A DNA stretch of 63,183 nucleotides, counting the filler. It is 6 parts of 6 records of this genome, joined end to end, with 100 filler letters (N's around TTAATTAATTAA, not from the genome) between each part and the next. Parts side by side here need not be neighbours in the genome. Positions count along the whole stretch, not along the records: positions 1 to 9,830 come from SRR2962707_785; positions 9,931 to 20,010 come from SRR2962707_787; positions 20,111 to 32,438 come from SRR2962707_791; 3 more parts are not named here. One strand, written 5' to 3'. The notes under the pieces are model-generated. The model worked only from the letters and a program-made list of their open reading frames with translations. It made no database searches and was not told the origin of the DNA. Of this stretch, positions 9,147 through 20,623 are shown one piece after another. The position numbers and the translations under genes are program-made. Each line of letters opens with the position of its first letter. Within the stretch, counting starts at the first letter, position 1.

Positions 9147-9382
9147 GCCCCGCCCTTCGTCCCCTGCGTAAACGAGAAGACATGCCCGACTTTGTGCGGG
9201 AAGCCCTCGAAAAACGTGGCCTACGCGACAAATACGACGCACGTCCGCCCTACCAACGCAACGACTACTTGCTCTGGATCAACAAGGTAAAAAAGGAAGA
9301 GACAAAGAAAAGGCACCTCGCTCAGATGCTCGAAGAGCTCGAAGCCGGTGGGGTGTATATGGGCATGAAATGGAACGGCTGA
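9143..9382 (+). CDS. YdeI/OmpD-associated family small protein
   Basis: ATGA overlap with the ridA stop; MPDFVREAL..YDARPPYQRNDYLLWI..KKEETK. Confidence 0.8.
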   Translation: MSPALRPLRKREDMPDFVREALEKRGLRDKYDARPPYQRNDYLLWINKVKKEETKKRHLAQMLEELEAGGVYMGMKWNG

Positions 9383-9525
9383 GAGAGGACAAATAAGAGT
9401 ACTCGGGTTGAAAATGCTCCGGGTTGTGAAGCGACAGAATGTCTGCATTTCTTGGCTATGTGCAGGAAGCAGCCTGACTGCTTTCCACCCCATTGCAGAA
9501 GCGCCGGCCATACAGCGGCGTAAAG

Positions 9526-9555
9526 GGAAGGGGCGGGAGTTTCGCCCGCCCCTCC
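9526..9555. terminator. GC-rich hairpin between convergent genes
   Basis: GGAAGGGGCGGG-agtttcg-CCCGCCCCTCC; no clear U-tract. Confidence 0.5.
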
Positions 9556-9587
9556 GCAGTGTCGTCTGAGGTTAGTGCGGTTGCCGC

Positions 9588-9830
9588 CTAGTGCCCCTTC
9601 ACCTTCCGGATCTCGCCCGACTTGATCTTGGCGAAGTACTGGTTCACTTCGCGTTTGACGACCGGCATCAACAGGTAGAGCCCGATGATGTTGGGCAGGG
9701 CCATCGCAAAGATCATCGAATCCGAGAAGTCGATGACCGGACCGAGGCTCATCGAGGCGCCGATGACGACGAAGACGCAGAAGATGAGCTTGAAGACATT
9801 TTCCTTGGTCTTGCCTTCACCGAACAGATA
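9588..9830 (-). CDS. Alanine/glycine:cation symporter (AgcS/AlsT family), 3' fragment
   Basis: Manual translation YLFGEGKTKENVFKLIFCVFVVIGASMSLGPVIDFSDSMIFAMALPNIIGLYLL...KGH*; cut by the contig end. Confidence 0.82.
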   Translation of the reverse strand, partial: YLFGEGKTKENVFKLIFCVFVVIGASMSLGPVIDFSDSMIFAMALPNIIGLYLLMPVVKREVNQYFAKIKSGEIRKVKGH

Positions 9831-9930
9831 NNNNNNNNNNNNNNNNNNNNNNNNNNNNNNNNNNNNNNNNNNNNTTAATTAATTAANNNNNNNNNNNNNN
9901 NNNNNNNNNNNNNNNNNNNNNNNNNNNNNN
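9831..9930. other. Artificial contig linker
   Basis: N-run with TTAATTAATTAA; composition and taxonomy change across it. Confidence 0.98.
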
Positions 9931-9958
9931 TGTGTGTGTGTGTGTGCGTGTGTGTGTG
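9931..9958. repeat. (TG)n microsatellite at contig start
   Basis: tgtgtgtg...; likely cause of the assembly break. Confidence 0.9.
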
Positions 9959-10402
9959 CCAACTGCCTTTCCTGCGCAGCTTTCGATCTTCGCTTTCCAA
10001 AGTCCGAGTCGAAGTTTGAAACCAACAGTAAACGCAACTCGCTCGTCTTCGAGCGCAGACACGACGACGGGAACAGCAGTGGTGGTAGAAGTAGTAGTAG
10101 AAGTATTAGTTGTGGTTATTGATGATGACTTTTGGTCTTCTCACCCCGATGTCGAACCTTTCCGTGCGGCGATCCGTGCGGTAAGGCGAACTGTCGTTGT
10201 TGTTAACAGGTTTACCTCACTGCTGCGGCCAGGCAAAGAAACGTGCGCTGAATTGTGACTTAATTAAAGCTGTCGAGGAGGTTCCTTACTTTTTCGCGAA
10301 ATGTGGAGGTGTTGGCGTGGGATACGCCCAGCAGCTTCCAGGCTCATGTTTTTGTCGGTGCTGAAGGCAGCTCGCTAGCAAGGTGGACCTGACGGGGTGA
10401 TC

Positions 10403-13400
10403 ATGGACGACGAACTGGAACAAATGGAATTCGGGTCGCTGGATGTACCCGCTTTTGATTCGGACACGCGTATTGAAGACGACCTTGCTATGCTTCGGGA
10501 GATTGAAGACTGTGATGGAACTGCAAGGCGACGGACCAGTATGCGCCTTCCTACAACTGTTTCGACCTGTAATCGAAACAAAAAAACTGAACGCAGTGTG
10601 GAGACTTTTGATCAACCGCTTCGCCGTGAAATGCGTGAGTGGCTCAAGCAGTTTAATCCTGAGCAAAAGAGAGTCATTCTGGGACGCAAGCCCGCGTGTG
10701 TTGTGCTTGCCGGGCCCGGCAGTGGGAAAACGCGCACCATCGTTGGGCGTATCAAATTTTTACTTCGTTTCCAAAGTGTTTCCTCAGTTCGGCAGTGCAA
10801 TGTTGCCCCACAGAAAATATTAGGACTCACGTTCACGAATAAAGCCGCTCGTGAAATGTGTGAGAGGGTCCATGGTGTTGTAACAGTGGACTCCGACAAG
10901 ATTTCAACGGATTCACCCAGAGGCAATCGCTCGCCGCTCATTTGTACCTACCACGGCTTGTGCGCGCGCCTATTGCGCCAATTCGGGCACCACATTGGCC
11001 TCGACTCGTCATTCGTCATCTGCGATGACACGCATAAGGTTTTGAAGACAATCAAGAAAGAGCTTGACCAGAAGAAACGCTCAGCACCAAAAGGGAGTTT
11101 CGCCAAAGAAGAAATCGACTTGAGTCCGAAGGCACTTGCAACCAAGGTGTCGCACGCAAAACGAGTGCGCTTTGCAAAGTATTCCCTTGAAAGGTTCAAT
11201 TTTCCTCAGGTGAGATTGAGCAAAAAATGCAGGGCGGCATAGTTGTTGGCTGCTTCAGGTGTTCTGAGTGGCAGACATGCATGTTCTGTGTATTTAGGCA
11301 ATTGTTGATGCTTGTGAATCGCTCACTGGAAGTTTGTCGGCAACTTCCAAAAGAGTCGATCGCTCAAACCTTAGCAACATTTTTCTTGAAGCGTGCGCAC
11401 AGTTTTGTTTCTGAGGTTCTGGTTGCACTTGGCGTCTGTTCCTGGGATTCTGACATTGGTTCGAATTTGTTGCAGGTACAATCAGCGGCTGCGTGATCAG
11501 AATATGGTCGACTTTGATGATCTGCTGATCTTGGTGGTACGTCGTGTGCAATTGTTTCATTGCTGTTTTGGCCGTCTGGTACAGTACTTGTGGTAAGCTT
11601 TTGAACTGTGTTTTTCTTGCGTGTGGTGCAGGTGAAGCTACTAATCGACTTTCCGCGGCTCCGCAACACTATTCGACAACGGTTTGTCAATGCGTTGTTT
11701 CGAGTTCTGTTGCCTCGTGTTCTGTTGACTTGTTGTGCTTTCTGCTTTTGCGCTGAAATATCCGTGGCTCTTTTGTAGCTGGACACACATATTCGTTGAC
11801 GAGTTTCAAGACTCGTCCATCCTCCAGCTGCAGTTAGTGTTTCTTCTGTTTGCAGAAACTCTGCCCGTTGCCAACAACTCTACGAGCGACGCTTGTTTTG
11901 CCGAAGAAGGCCATCCCACCAGAACATCGAATGCTGGAAAAATAACAATTGTCGGCGACCCGAATCAAAGCATCTATTCGTGGCGATTCGCATGCGCAAG
12001 CATATTTGACATGTTTTCAAAGGTTTGTGAATGGTGCAATGCAAGCCCATTGATGGAACCCACAACTTTGAACACGGAGCTATCTTTTTGACCAGCACTC
12101 ACATTTGGGTTTGACCTGGACTCTTTGTAGTCTTTGCTGTCCGTGGACATTCCTGTCGAGATTATTCACTTGACACAAAACTATCGTTCAACGGGGCACA
12201 TCCTCACCGCCTCGAGTGCTGTACTTGGACAAGCTGGCAGCATGGCGACACACCAGACCCCGTGCGTGGATCTTTTTGAGCAAGCCCGTAGTAAGTGCAG
12301 CGCACTGTGGACCAAACAAGGTGCCGGCCGTCGTGTGGAGTACCATACCTTCCAGGGATCGGCACAAGAGGCTGAGAAAGTCGTGGAAATAGTTCAGGCG
12401 CTGCGCCGCAAAGCGCTTCCTCTTTCTGGACAATGTTCGCGGAAAGACACATCTTGTGCAATACTGTATCGCCTTGCATCGTTGTCCACCCCCATAGAAA
12501 AAGAGCTCACGTCCTTGGGGATTGGATATTCGATGCTTGGAGGAGCAACGCAGCTGTGCAAGAGGCGTGAAATCCAAGCACTCAGCTTACACTTGAAGTC
12601 TTTGATGAATCCCGCTGACGACTCCAGCTTCTTGGCAGCGTGCAACATCCCAAAAATAGGTCTTGGTTCCAAGTCACGGGTGCTAATCCAGAAACTATCT
12701 CAACAGCGCGGCATTTGCTGCTACGAGTGGTTGGTCTGTGAATGCAGTCAGTTGCGATTTTATTGAGGCACAATATTGCTTGCTTTGAGTGTTTGTGAAC
12801 TTTGCGCACCAGGTGTCTACACCACCTTGGTCCTAGCCGGGAGAAGGTTCCAAGCGTGAAACTCCGCAAAGATTTGCGCAATAAACTCATTGTGCGGGTG
12901 CGGCTGATGTCTCAAACCCGCAAACTTCTCCAAGAAGCCTTGTTTCGTGATGTCCGCGGTAAAGCCGTGGGGCTATCCGCGCCAAACGATCAATCTTCAA
13001 AGGATTTTGGAACCACAGTGCACGGGATTGTGCGAAGTTACATGAAGAAGGTGCGATCTCGTCTCCACTGTGTGGCGGTTTTTTTAAAGCAGACCTCGTC
13101 GTCGTAGACGGTTGATAGCGTGCATCGGTGTTTCCAGGCCAAGGTCTTTGACTACATCCAAAGGCTTTCGGTGCTAAAAGTTGACGTCGAGGAAGATGCC
13201 GACAGCAATGGCGAGCACGAGTCACGACAAGAGGACAGCAGCAGGGTTCGAATGGAGCGCGTTGATTTGTATTTGAAGGCTATAGAGGTCAGGCTGCTGC
13301 ACTGTACTGATTCTAAGTCTGACACACGGGCCGGAGTTCACTCGATACGTTGATGATCTACATAGGTGGATCGTAGGGAAAAAGACGTGAATCTTCTCCC

Positions 13401-16140
13401 GACCCTACTTCCTGGAGAATTGGGGACTAAACGGAGTTCGGTTGGCAATGTGGAGCCTACGTCAATGTCGTCTGCACAGGCCGCTGCCAAATTCAAAATC
13501 AGCGTCCAAACCTTTCAAAGCGGAGCGTCGTCCGGCGATAGCCCTGCGAATTCGCTGTCCAAACTTTTTGCCAAGGGTCGGCGCGCGAACGTAAAATCTG
13601 CGGCACAGGGCATTCAAGGTCAACCTGCTAAATCAAGTCTGCCGTGTTTACAGTCAGGTGGCAAGCTAGGTACTGCCATGGCGCACCCGCGTAATGATGT
13701 GTGCTCCCATGGCAACGGACCTGATTGCCCGCATTGTCAGGCAGAATTCTGCAAAGATCAAATAGTCACTGCCTCGCTTGATCGCACTTGTTCGCATGGC
13801 AACGGGCCCGATTGCAAGGATTGTCAAATGCTACCTTCAACAGCTTTTGTGGTCTCCAAAAAAGTGAGGAGACAACAGGCGCTTGCACTTTCGTTAGCTC
13901 GAATGAAGTCCATGGCGACCACGAGGGCCGATATGTCTGGCTCCTCTGTCTCTGGAAAGACGGCGGCAGTCAAAGATGCACCAAGCTGCGGCTTATTAAA
14001 AGCGTGTGTTGAAGATGACGATACGAAGTGGATCATTGAGCCCTTGACGTGTCGCCTTGGCGTGAAAAATCACAACATCCGGTCGGCGCCGCTGACTTTA
14101 TCTGATGTCCAGCGAGCAAGGCATAAGTCCAATAGGGCACTGCTGACGACGCCTTGGCGGGAGTGGTTTCTTTCAAGACATGCTTTTTGGAGGGAAATCC
14201 GCCTCGCTGGGCGAATGGAGAGAGGTGCTCACTCAAAAACATGCAAAGACCGTGACTCATGTCACACAATCCGAGTTTTGAAAAATGCTGCCCAAGCGGT
14301 GTGCAACGCTGGGGGACAGGATCCTCTCAATGCCGCGCTGACGCAGTCGCACGTTAAACGTGGTGCGCAACAGAATGTATGCCACTCTCCGAAGAAGCCG
14401 AAACTTACCTTCACGACCGAGGCTAAACCGACAGCTTCCGCAACGGAGCTGTGGCGCCGTTTAGTTGAAAACGACGAGAGTAACAACTCGTCTGACTCTG
14501 ATTTCACGGATGAACCACCACCGCGGCCACGGACAAGCAATTGGTCAAAGCAGTTGTTGCAGGATGGTTCTGCCACTGCCAGCACTATCGCGCACATCTG
14601 CAAATCATCATGTCCAACCCAATCAGGGCTCAGCAACATGGAAGTTTGCACTGCACGTGTCGAGCAGCAGTTGCCAATGGCAAGCTCAAAAGATGACCAA
14701 ATGACACCATCGAATGCAATGAAGCCAGTTGATGGACCGCCACTATTTTCTGCTCAACCGCATGGCGAACTCACTGGTGATACCGACAAGTCGGGCTGTA
14801 GTGACCCGTCCGCAGGCGTGCTCGTGGAAGAAAACGGTTTGCTATCGACTACAACAGATGTATTTCCATCAGGTACAAGTTTTCATCCTCCGGGCACTGA
14901 CGAAAACCCGGTCGCAGGCGTGCCCATGAAACAAACCGGTTTACCCTCGACTACAACAGACATATTTCCCTCAGGTACAAGTTTTCATCTTCCGGGCCCT
15001 GACGAAAGCACAGTGAATGGACTGGGATGGCTGCTTCTTTTTCTTCAATCTTCTGCCCTGGACAGTGACGCGTTCAACTCTGAAGACGCAGCTGCATCCT
15101 GCTTCAGTGTTTCACTTGGGACCATCCATGCAGCCAAAGGCCTTGAATGGGATTTTGTCATCATTGTCGGGGCTGAAAACGAAATTCTGCCACACGTGCA
15201 CTCCACTGACTGCGACGAGAACGGGCTGAGCTTAGCTCAAAATGATGGTTTTCACGACGACTGGAGCGATGACAACGAGGAGCGCAATGGACAAGCGTTT
15301 GGAGATGCAGTGCGTTGGAAGGATAACAGACACCACAAGAGAAGAATACCTCAAGAGCCACCGTACAAGAGTGTCGCAATCGCACGCGACAACGAGCATG
15401 ATGCTGAAGAGCGGCGCTTACTGTACGTTGCAATGACAAGGGCCAAGCAAGGGCTTTGGCTGACACGGGTGCGTGAGCGGCAAATGTTTGGCGACTCTCG
15501 TAAACACGCAGTTTCACCGTTTCTCCGAGCTCTATTGCACAAAAAGGCCCCTCACAGAGATTGTGTCAAGCAAGTCGTGCACAGACCTACCCGCACCGGT
15601 GCGGATGGATCAGCATGGCAGCAGACGAAGCGCAGCCTCAATGGCTCGATCGTTACCGGCTTCGCACTGGCCAGTAGCTTTCGAGATGATGCGGTAACGA
15701 ATGTGGCACATGACGACAACGACAATGCAACCGGAAGACTCAGTCTTGTGGCTGCGGCGCGAGTGCGCGTAGTTCAACAGCAGCAACAACTGATGCTCAT
15801 GCGCACGATACGAGCAGAAAGCAAGTGGGACAAGTTTGCGGACCGTAGGCAAGAGTCAGGGGTTACGAGATCTTCGGGAACCTTGCACACCAGTGCCGCG
15901 TCTCCCAGAGATGCAGCAGGCCCAATGCAGAGTGGGCATGAACCGGTGACCATGAATCATGGTACAGCGCAACCACATGTGCCGAGGCCGACGGCCGGTC
16001 GTGGTTTGCAACCGTTCCAACGGCGACTCCCTCAAAGCAGCCTGGGCGGACTTAGACGGCGTCGTGCAAAGGCGACGAGCAGTTTGATGTCGAGCGTTGC
16101 ATCGAAACCTTTCAGGCGGCCCCGCTCTTTTGGAAAGTAA
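10403..16140 (+). CDS. Eukaryotic multi-exon UvrD/PcrA/Srs2-like SF1A DNA helicase
   Basis: Helicase motifs split over exons: AGPGSGKT and TFTNKAA (exon from 10403), DFDDLL (11476-11536), exon 11632-11681, DEFQD and VGDPNQSIYSWR (11779-12022), QNYRS (from 12131), exons ~12813-13050 and 13138-13287, TIHAAKGLEW and EERRLLYVAMTRAK (13366-16140). Introns are GT-AG; junctions in 11165-11475 are uncertain. Confidence 0.88.
14803..15006 (+). repeat. Two-copy 102-nt (34-aa) tandem repeat inside the helicase
   Basis: PSAGVLVEENGLLSTTTDVFPSGTSFHPPGTDE / PVAGVPMKQTGLPSTTTDIFPSGTSFHLPGPDE. Confidence 0.85.
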
Positions 16141-16309
16141 GGGTTACAAATTGCTACAGTTTCGTGGTGGGTACTGATTGGTTAGTTGGTCAATGCAAGT
16201 ATCTCTAGCATTGGAATGAACCTCAAGGGAGCGGGCTTCGTGTGCACGGTCAGTATTATTGGTGTACCTTAAATCTGAACCACCACAACTACAATCCACC
16301 ACGAAGCCT

Positions 16310-19300
16310 CTATTGACGCTGAGCCTTGTGCCGCGCGGCCAGCCCCAAGAAACCTGCGCATAGCAGTGCAGTTGTTGCAACCAATCGTGAACGGCTGCGA
16401 TCGGGGGTTAGAGGCGAAGTGTCCAGGCTATCTGAAGGTCCCTCCTCCACGTGGCGGCGAAGCCATTCGTCCTGCTCATACAGGACGTGAAGGATCGATT
16501 CGCGACTTCTATAAAAGTGCCTCTCACAGGGCAGTTTCACAAGCTTCACAATTCCTCCCAATCCGTTTACTGCCTTGAATAACCGCTCACTTTGCATTGG
16601 ATGCGTGCCGGCGTTTTCGTCCATTGAACCATGAATCAACAATAGGGGTGCCTTTTTACGCGCCTGGGCACAAAACAGACATTGCAATTCAATGTTCAGA
16701 AGCATGCAAAGTGTAGAGATAGAACAACAAAGTCGAAATAAGCCGTGGTTTCGTATCAACCTGAACGAATTTAACAAATCCCGTCATTGGACAAGTCGAA
16801 TTGAAGTCAACAATGCAGTCATTTCAGCACTTACGAGTTCCGTAGCATGAGTGAAAGGTGACATTGCTGTGTAGGTTGCTATGGCCTCCCAGAAATTTCG
16901 TTCCTCGCCCTGAAAACCGAAGGGGGTCAAAGTTCTATTGTACGCTCCGCTTCTCGAGATCGCAGCGCGAAAGAGGTTTGAGTGTGCAAGAAGATTGGCA
17001 GCCATGAAAGCGCCATAGCTGTGTCCCCCCACTGCAATCTTGTCCGGGTCAGCAACACCCAGGTCTACCACGGCTTTGACAGCAGCAGCGGCACTACTGC
17101 AGATCTGTTCTACAAAAGTGTCGTTTGGTTCGTGGTTTCCTTCCGCAACCACTGGGCACGCAAACCGCTCCAAAATGACCCATCCTCTAAGCAACCAGGG
17201 CAGCGGGCGCGCAAAATGGGCTCTGACAAATTTGTATGGCGAACTCCGGACCTGCCACACGACAGAAAAATCAACGTCAGAACTCGTATCCATGTCACTA
17301 AACAAGCGCGCGGTAGTTAATGGGCGATGTTGAGTCTAATCTACCTGGCCTGCTGCCTTGCGACTTTTGAACTCGGCTGGATACGCCCACATCAGGCACG
17401 GCCGGGGGCCGTCTCGAGCTGGGTCGTACCCTGCTGGCAAGTACAACTGGGCATCAAGCAATACACCATCTTCGCGCACGTAGTGGAGGTGCGTTTTCTT
17501 CACGCCCAACAGCTGCGGTTGCGGGTGCGGAAATTGAGTTACTGGAATTGGATACGCTGTCAGGTGGTTACCGTCCCCGGGCGCAGGGTCCCACACAGCA
17601 GCCATGGGCAAGCGTGTGAGGTAATAGTTTGGAGGCAAAGACTTCGATTCTCGACGGATAAGGAGCAAGCCATTGTCAAAAATCTCGACTGCCTTTTCAT
17701 ATACCGCCGCTCGTGCGGAGTCATCGACGGCAACACCGCCTACCTCTTGGCTTGGGTCCTCAAGACTGCGAAGATCGACATCTGTTGCAATGGTGCTAGG
17801 GTTACTGGCACTGCTTCCAAACACATTGCAGTCCTCATCATCACTGCGTCCATCTTGACTTATCGGACCAGCGGGACATCGCCACAGACGCTCGCGGGTG
17901 TAGATCCCCCCTGGTTCTGAAATATCCATCAGGTCAAGGAAAGGTCGGTCACCGCGTGGGCTGGCACCTTGGCCGAAGAGCACCACGCGCCCATCTGGGG
18001 CGAGTTGGACCCTATGTGTTCCATCTTTTGCCTCAATGACCATTCCAAAGGAGCCCGGAGAGGCGTAGCGATCCTCGTACTGACAGTCAAAGTCCGGAAT
18101 AACGTGCCATTGTGCAGCATGCGTACCGGCATTTGGAGAGACAGCATTTGGAGAGACAGCAGGTTCACTCTGGGAGTCTGTGGTCGGATGTCGGATCCAC
18201 AGACGGCGCCGCCGCGTTTTCCGCCAGCCATCGACAACAAAGCACGCTCCTGTTGCAGACCATGCTACTCTGGAAATACGATGTTCAGTCTGAAATAAGC
18301 AGGCCTGATCGTGGGGTTGGTGCGACCGGGCCACATTCGAAGCACTCACGTTTTCGGGACTCGTTGGCTGCTTGGGCTGCGGAAGGCGGTACTTTGGACC
18401 GGACAAGGTGTAAAGCGCATCACGAAATGGCTCTGAGGGCGTAAGGTTCTGGCTGGGATCGCCGCTGTCGAGGGCTTCGGTGTACACCAGTGTGGCTGGC
18501 TCAAGTGCGTGCCACATCCAATTTCGAGGCCCACACGGCCGTGCGTCGAACGAAATGGGAATAGACTCTTGTGCAGGCAATGAACAAATTTCCACTTGTT
18601 TGCGAATAAGGATTGTTGACGCAGTCCCATCTGCACTCCCACCACTTTGAATGTCTTGACCCACCAATTCATGTTCAGGCGGGCGACACACCAACTCTTG
18701 GCCAACGTCCCACAATCGAACCAAAGTTGCGAATCGGCGCGCCGGGACGTGATAGGAAAATGGACGCCGCAATGCGCGCACTAAAAATTTTGTGGCGTCT
18801 GGTGACAAGGAGACGTGCGTATACAGGTCACCTGTGGCGCTGCCAAGAAGCTTTCCTGGGGGCGAGTGTGGTGATGACGCTGATGCGTTTGCTTGTATCA
18901 AGCGCAGCGCTGGCACGCGCGATACGTCGAAGATGTAGAGGCAGTGAGTTGAGTAATAGGCGAATAAATCCGCATCGTGAGGCGACTTGATGAGGTCTTG
19001 GTAAGTCCGTGCAGGAGACGCTGTTCCGTCACTTTCCATAACAAGTGGCCCCAGTGGAACGTCCGGGTGCTCTGGCGGGAACTCCGGTTGTTCAGCGGGT
19101 GCCAAGCGCACCAGGAGCCGGCCAGTCGCCCCAAGCCAGGAGATCGGCCAATTGCGGATTCCGTACACAGTTCTACCCGCCACGACACGGACCGCGACGG
19201 CACACTGAGAAACTGCGTGGCCGCCGTCACGAGGACCATTGTCATGTGAATGCTCCGTGGCCACGCCAGCGGCAGACTCACCAGCTGGACTTTCACGGGC

Positions 19301-19831
19301 AGCGATCTGTCTTGCTCGCTGCACCGCAGCCTCCTCGTCAAAGTGGACGACCCACACCTCAATCTTAGGAGGAACCGTCAGTTTCACTTGCGCGGAAGGC
19401 TCTAAGCCCCAGCACCGAGACCGCACAAGCATGGCAATTGCAGTGCCATCGCAGCGCCACTGCGCGTACTGGAATTCAGCGTCGGCCGGGAGCCCAGCCG
19501 ACAGTGGGACATCGTACCGCCCGTCTTCAGACCCTGGGAAAGGTGCTCCATCCTGGTCGACTATGGGGCGAAGGCGCATTCCCGCGCACAAGTACCAGCG
19601 CAAGGTGTCCGGAAGGCGTGTCTTGGCATGCCAACGGGCCCCCGCCAGGCGAACGACTGGGGTGGCCACTTCAGCTATGGACGGAAGCTCCGGCTGGTTG
19701 GCAACCAGCGCCCAGCGGCCTGTGGGGGAAAGCTTCAGACCCGGGTTCCCCACACCCACCACCAGATCCTTGATAACCTTCGGTGGCTCTTTGTATCCAC
19801 CAGACTCGTGCTTGGGGGAAGCTTCCGCCAT
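16310..19831 (-). CDS. S9 family serine peptidase, glutamyl-endopeptidase (cGEP/S9D)-like, 3 exons
   Basis: Exons 19831-17345, 17251-16835, 16663-16310 with GT-AG introns in phase; ARTYQDL, WAYPAEFKS, GHSYG (Ser), SGAYNRTLTPFGFQ, HGSMDEN (Asp), ERH (His). Confidence 0.9.
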
Positions 19832-20010
19832 GGCTGGCCGACCTGACTCGCTGTCTTCTGTCTATCTGCGCGACTGTATGTGAGTCTGAACCACTTTCAG
19901 AAGTAACGAACAACAATGAGGAAAAGAACAATATAACAAATATTCAAGTACTGTTACTGCACAGTCTAGAGCGAGTGCCTACACACACAAAGCACAAAGC
20001 ACAAAGCACA

Positions 20011-20110
20011 NNNNNNNNNNNNNNNNNNNNNNNNNNNNNNNNNNNNNNNNNNNNTTAATTAATTAANNNNNNNNNNNNNNNNNNNNNNNNNNNNNNNNNN
20101 NNNNNNNNNN
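20011..20110. other. Artificial contig linker
   Basis: N-run with TTAATTAATTAA. Confidence 0.98.
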
Positions 20111-20216
20111 ACTCGCTCGCTCGCTCGCTCGCTCACTCACGCATGCACACACTAACTCACTCACACACTCACAAACTCACTCGCGAACTCCCTCACACAC
20201 ACGCACGTACACACAC
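20111..20216. repeat. (CTCG)n/(CA)n simple repeats at contig start
   Basis: actcgctcgctcgctcgctcgctc followed by CA-rich tracts. Confidence 0.8.
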
Positions 20217-20623
20217 TTGGGGCAAACAGACAGACTCTGCGCGCGTGTTTGTTTTGCGAAGAGAGAAGTTCCTGAGCTGGGCTCGCGTGACACCGAAACA
20301 AAAAAAAAGTGTTTGTTGTGCTTTCTGCTGAAGACCCAAGCCAGAGCACGCACCTGCATTCCGTCCAGCAGCGCGTGGGCGGGGAGCGAGAGGGCGAGCT
20401 GTTTGTTTGGTTTGTTGAGTGGGTGGTTGGTTAGTTGGAGTCGGGAAAGTCGGGAAAGGCAGCCCAGTGTTGTGCTTGTGTTTTTTTCTTTGTTTCCCCT
20501 TTTTCTGCCTTGTTCCTTTTCATCCTTGCCAACCTGAGGCCTTTTCCCTGAGGTCTTGATTTTGGAGTTTGATCGAGCCTAGCGGGTGAAGCCGGCCTCG
20601 TCGTCCACGGCACCTCGGTCACC

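Noticed and set aside
9932-10258. ORFs at the start of contig 2, including a Thr-rich minus-strand stretch
   Set aside because: Low complexity, interrupted by stops and without a supportable gene model; a partial exon cannot be excluded.
10260-10267. TTAATTAA resembling the linker
   Set aside because: Only 8 nt and not flanked by Ns; a chance natural occurrence.
10403-13365. Fragmented helicase ORFs as a pseudogene or alternative genetic code
   Set aside because: Most breaks are explained by GT-AG introns that restore frame and motif order.
18129-18160. 15-nt tandem duplication (AVSPN x2)
   Set aside because: An in-frame micro-duplication in a loop; not a CRISPR or mobile-element signature.
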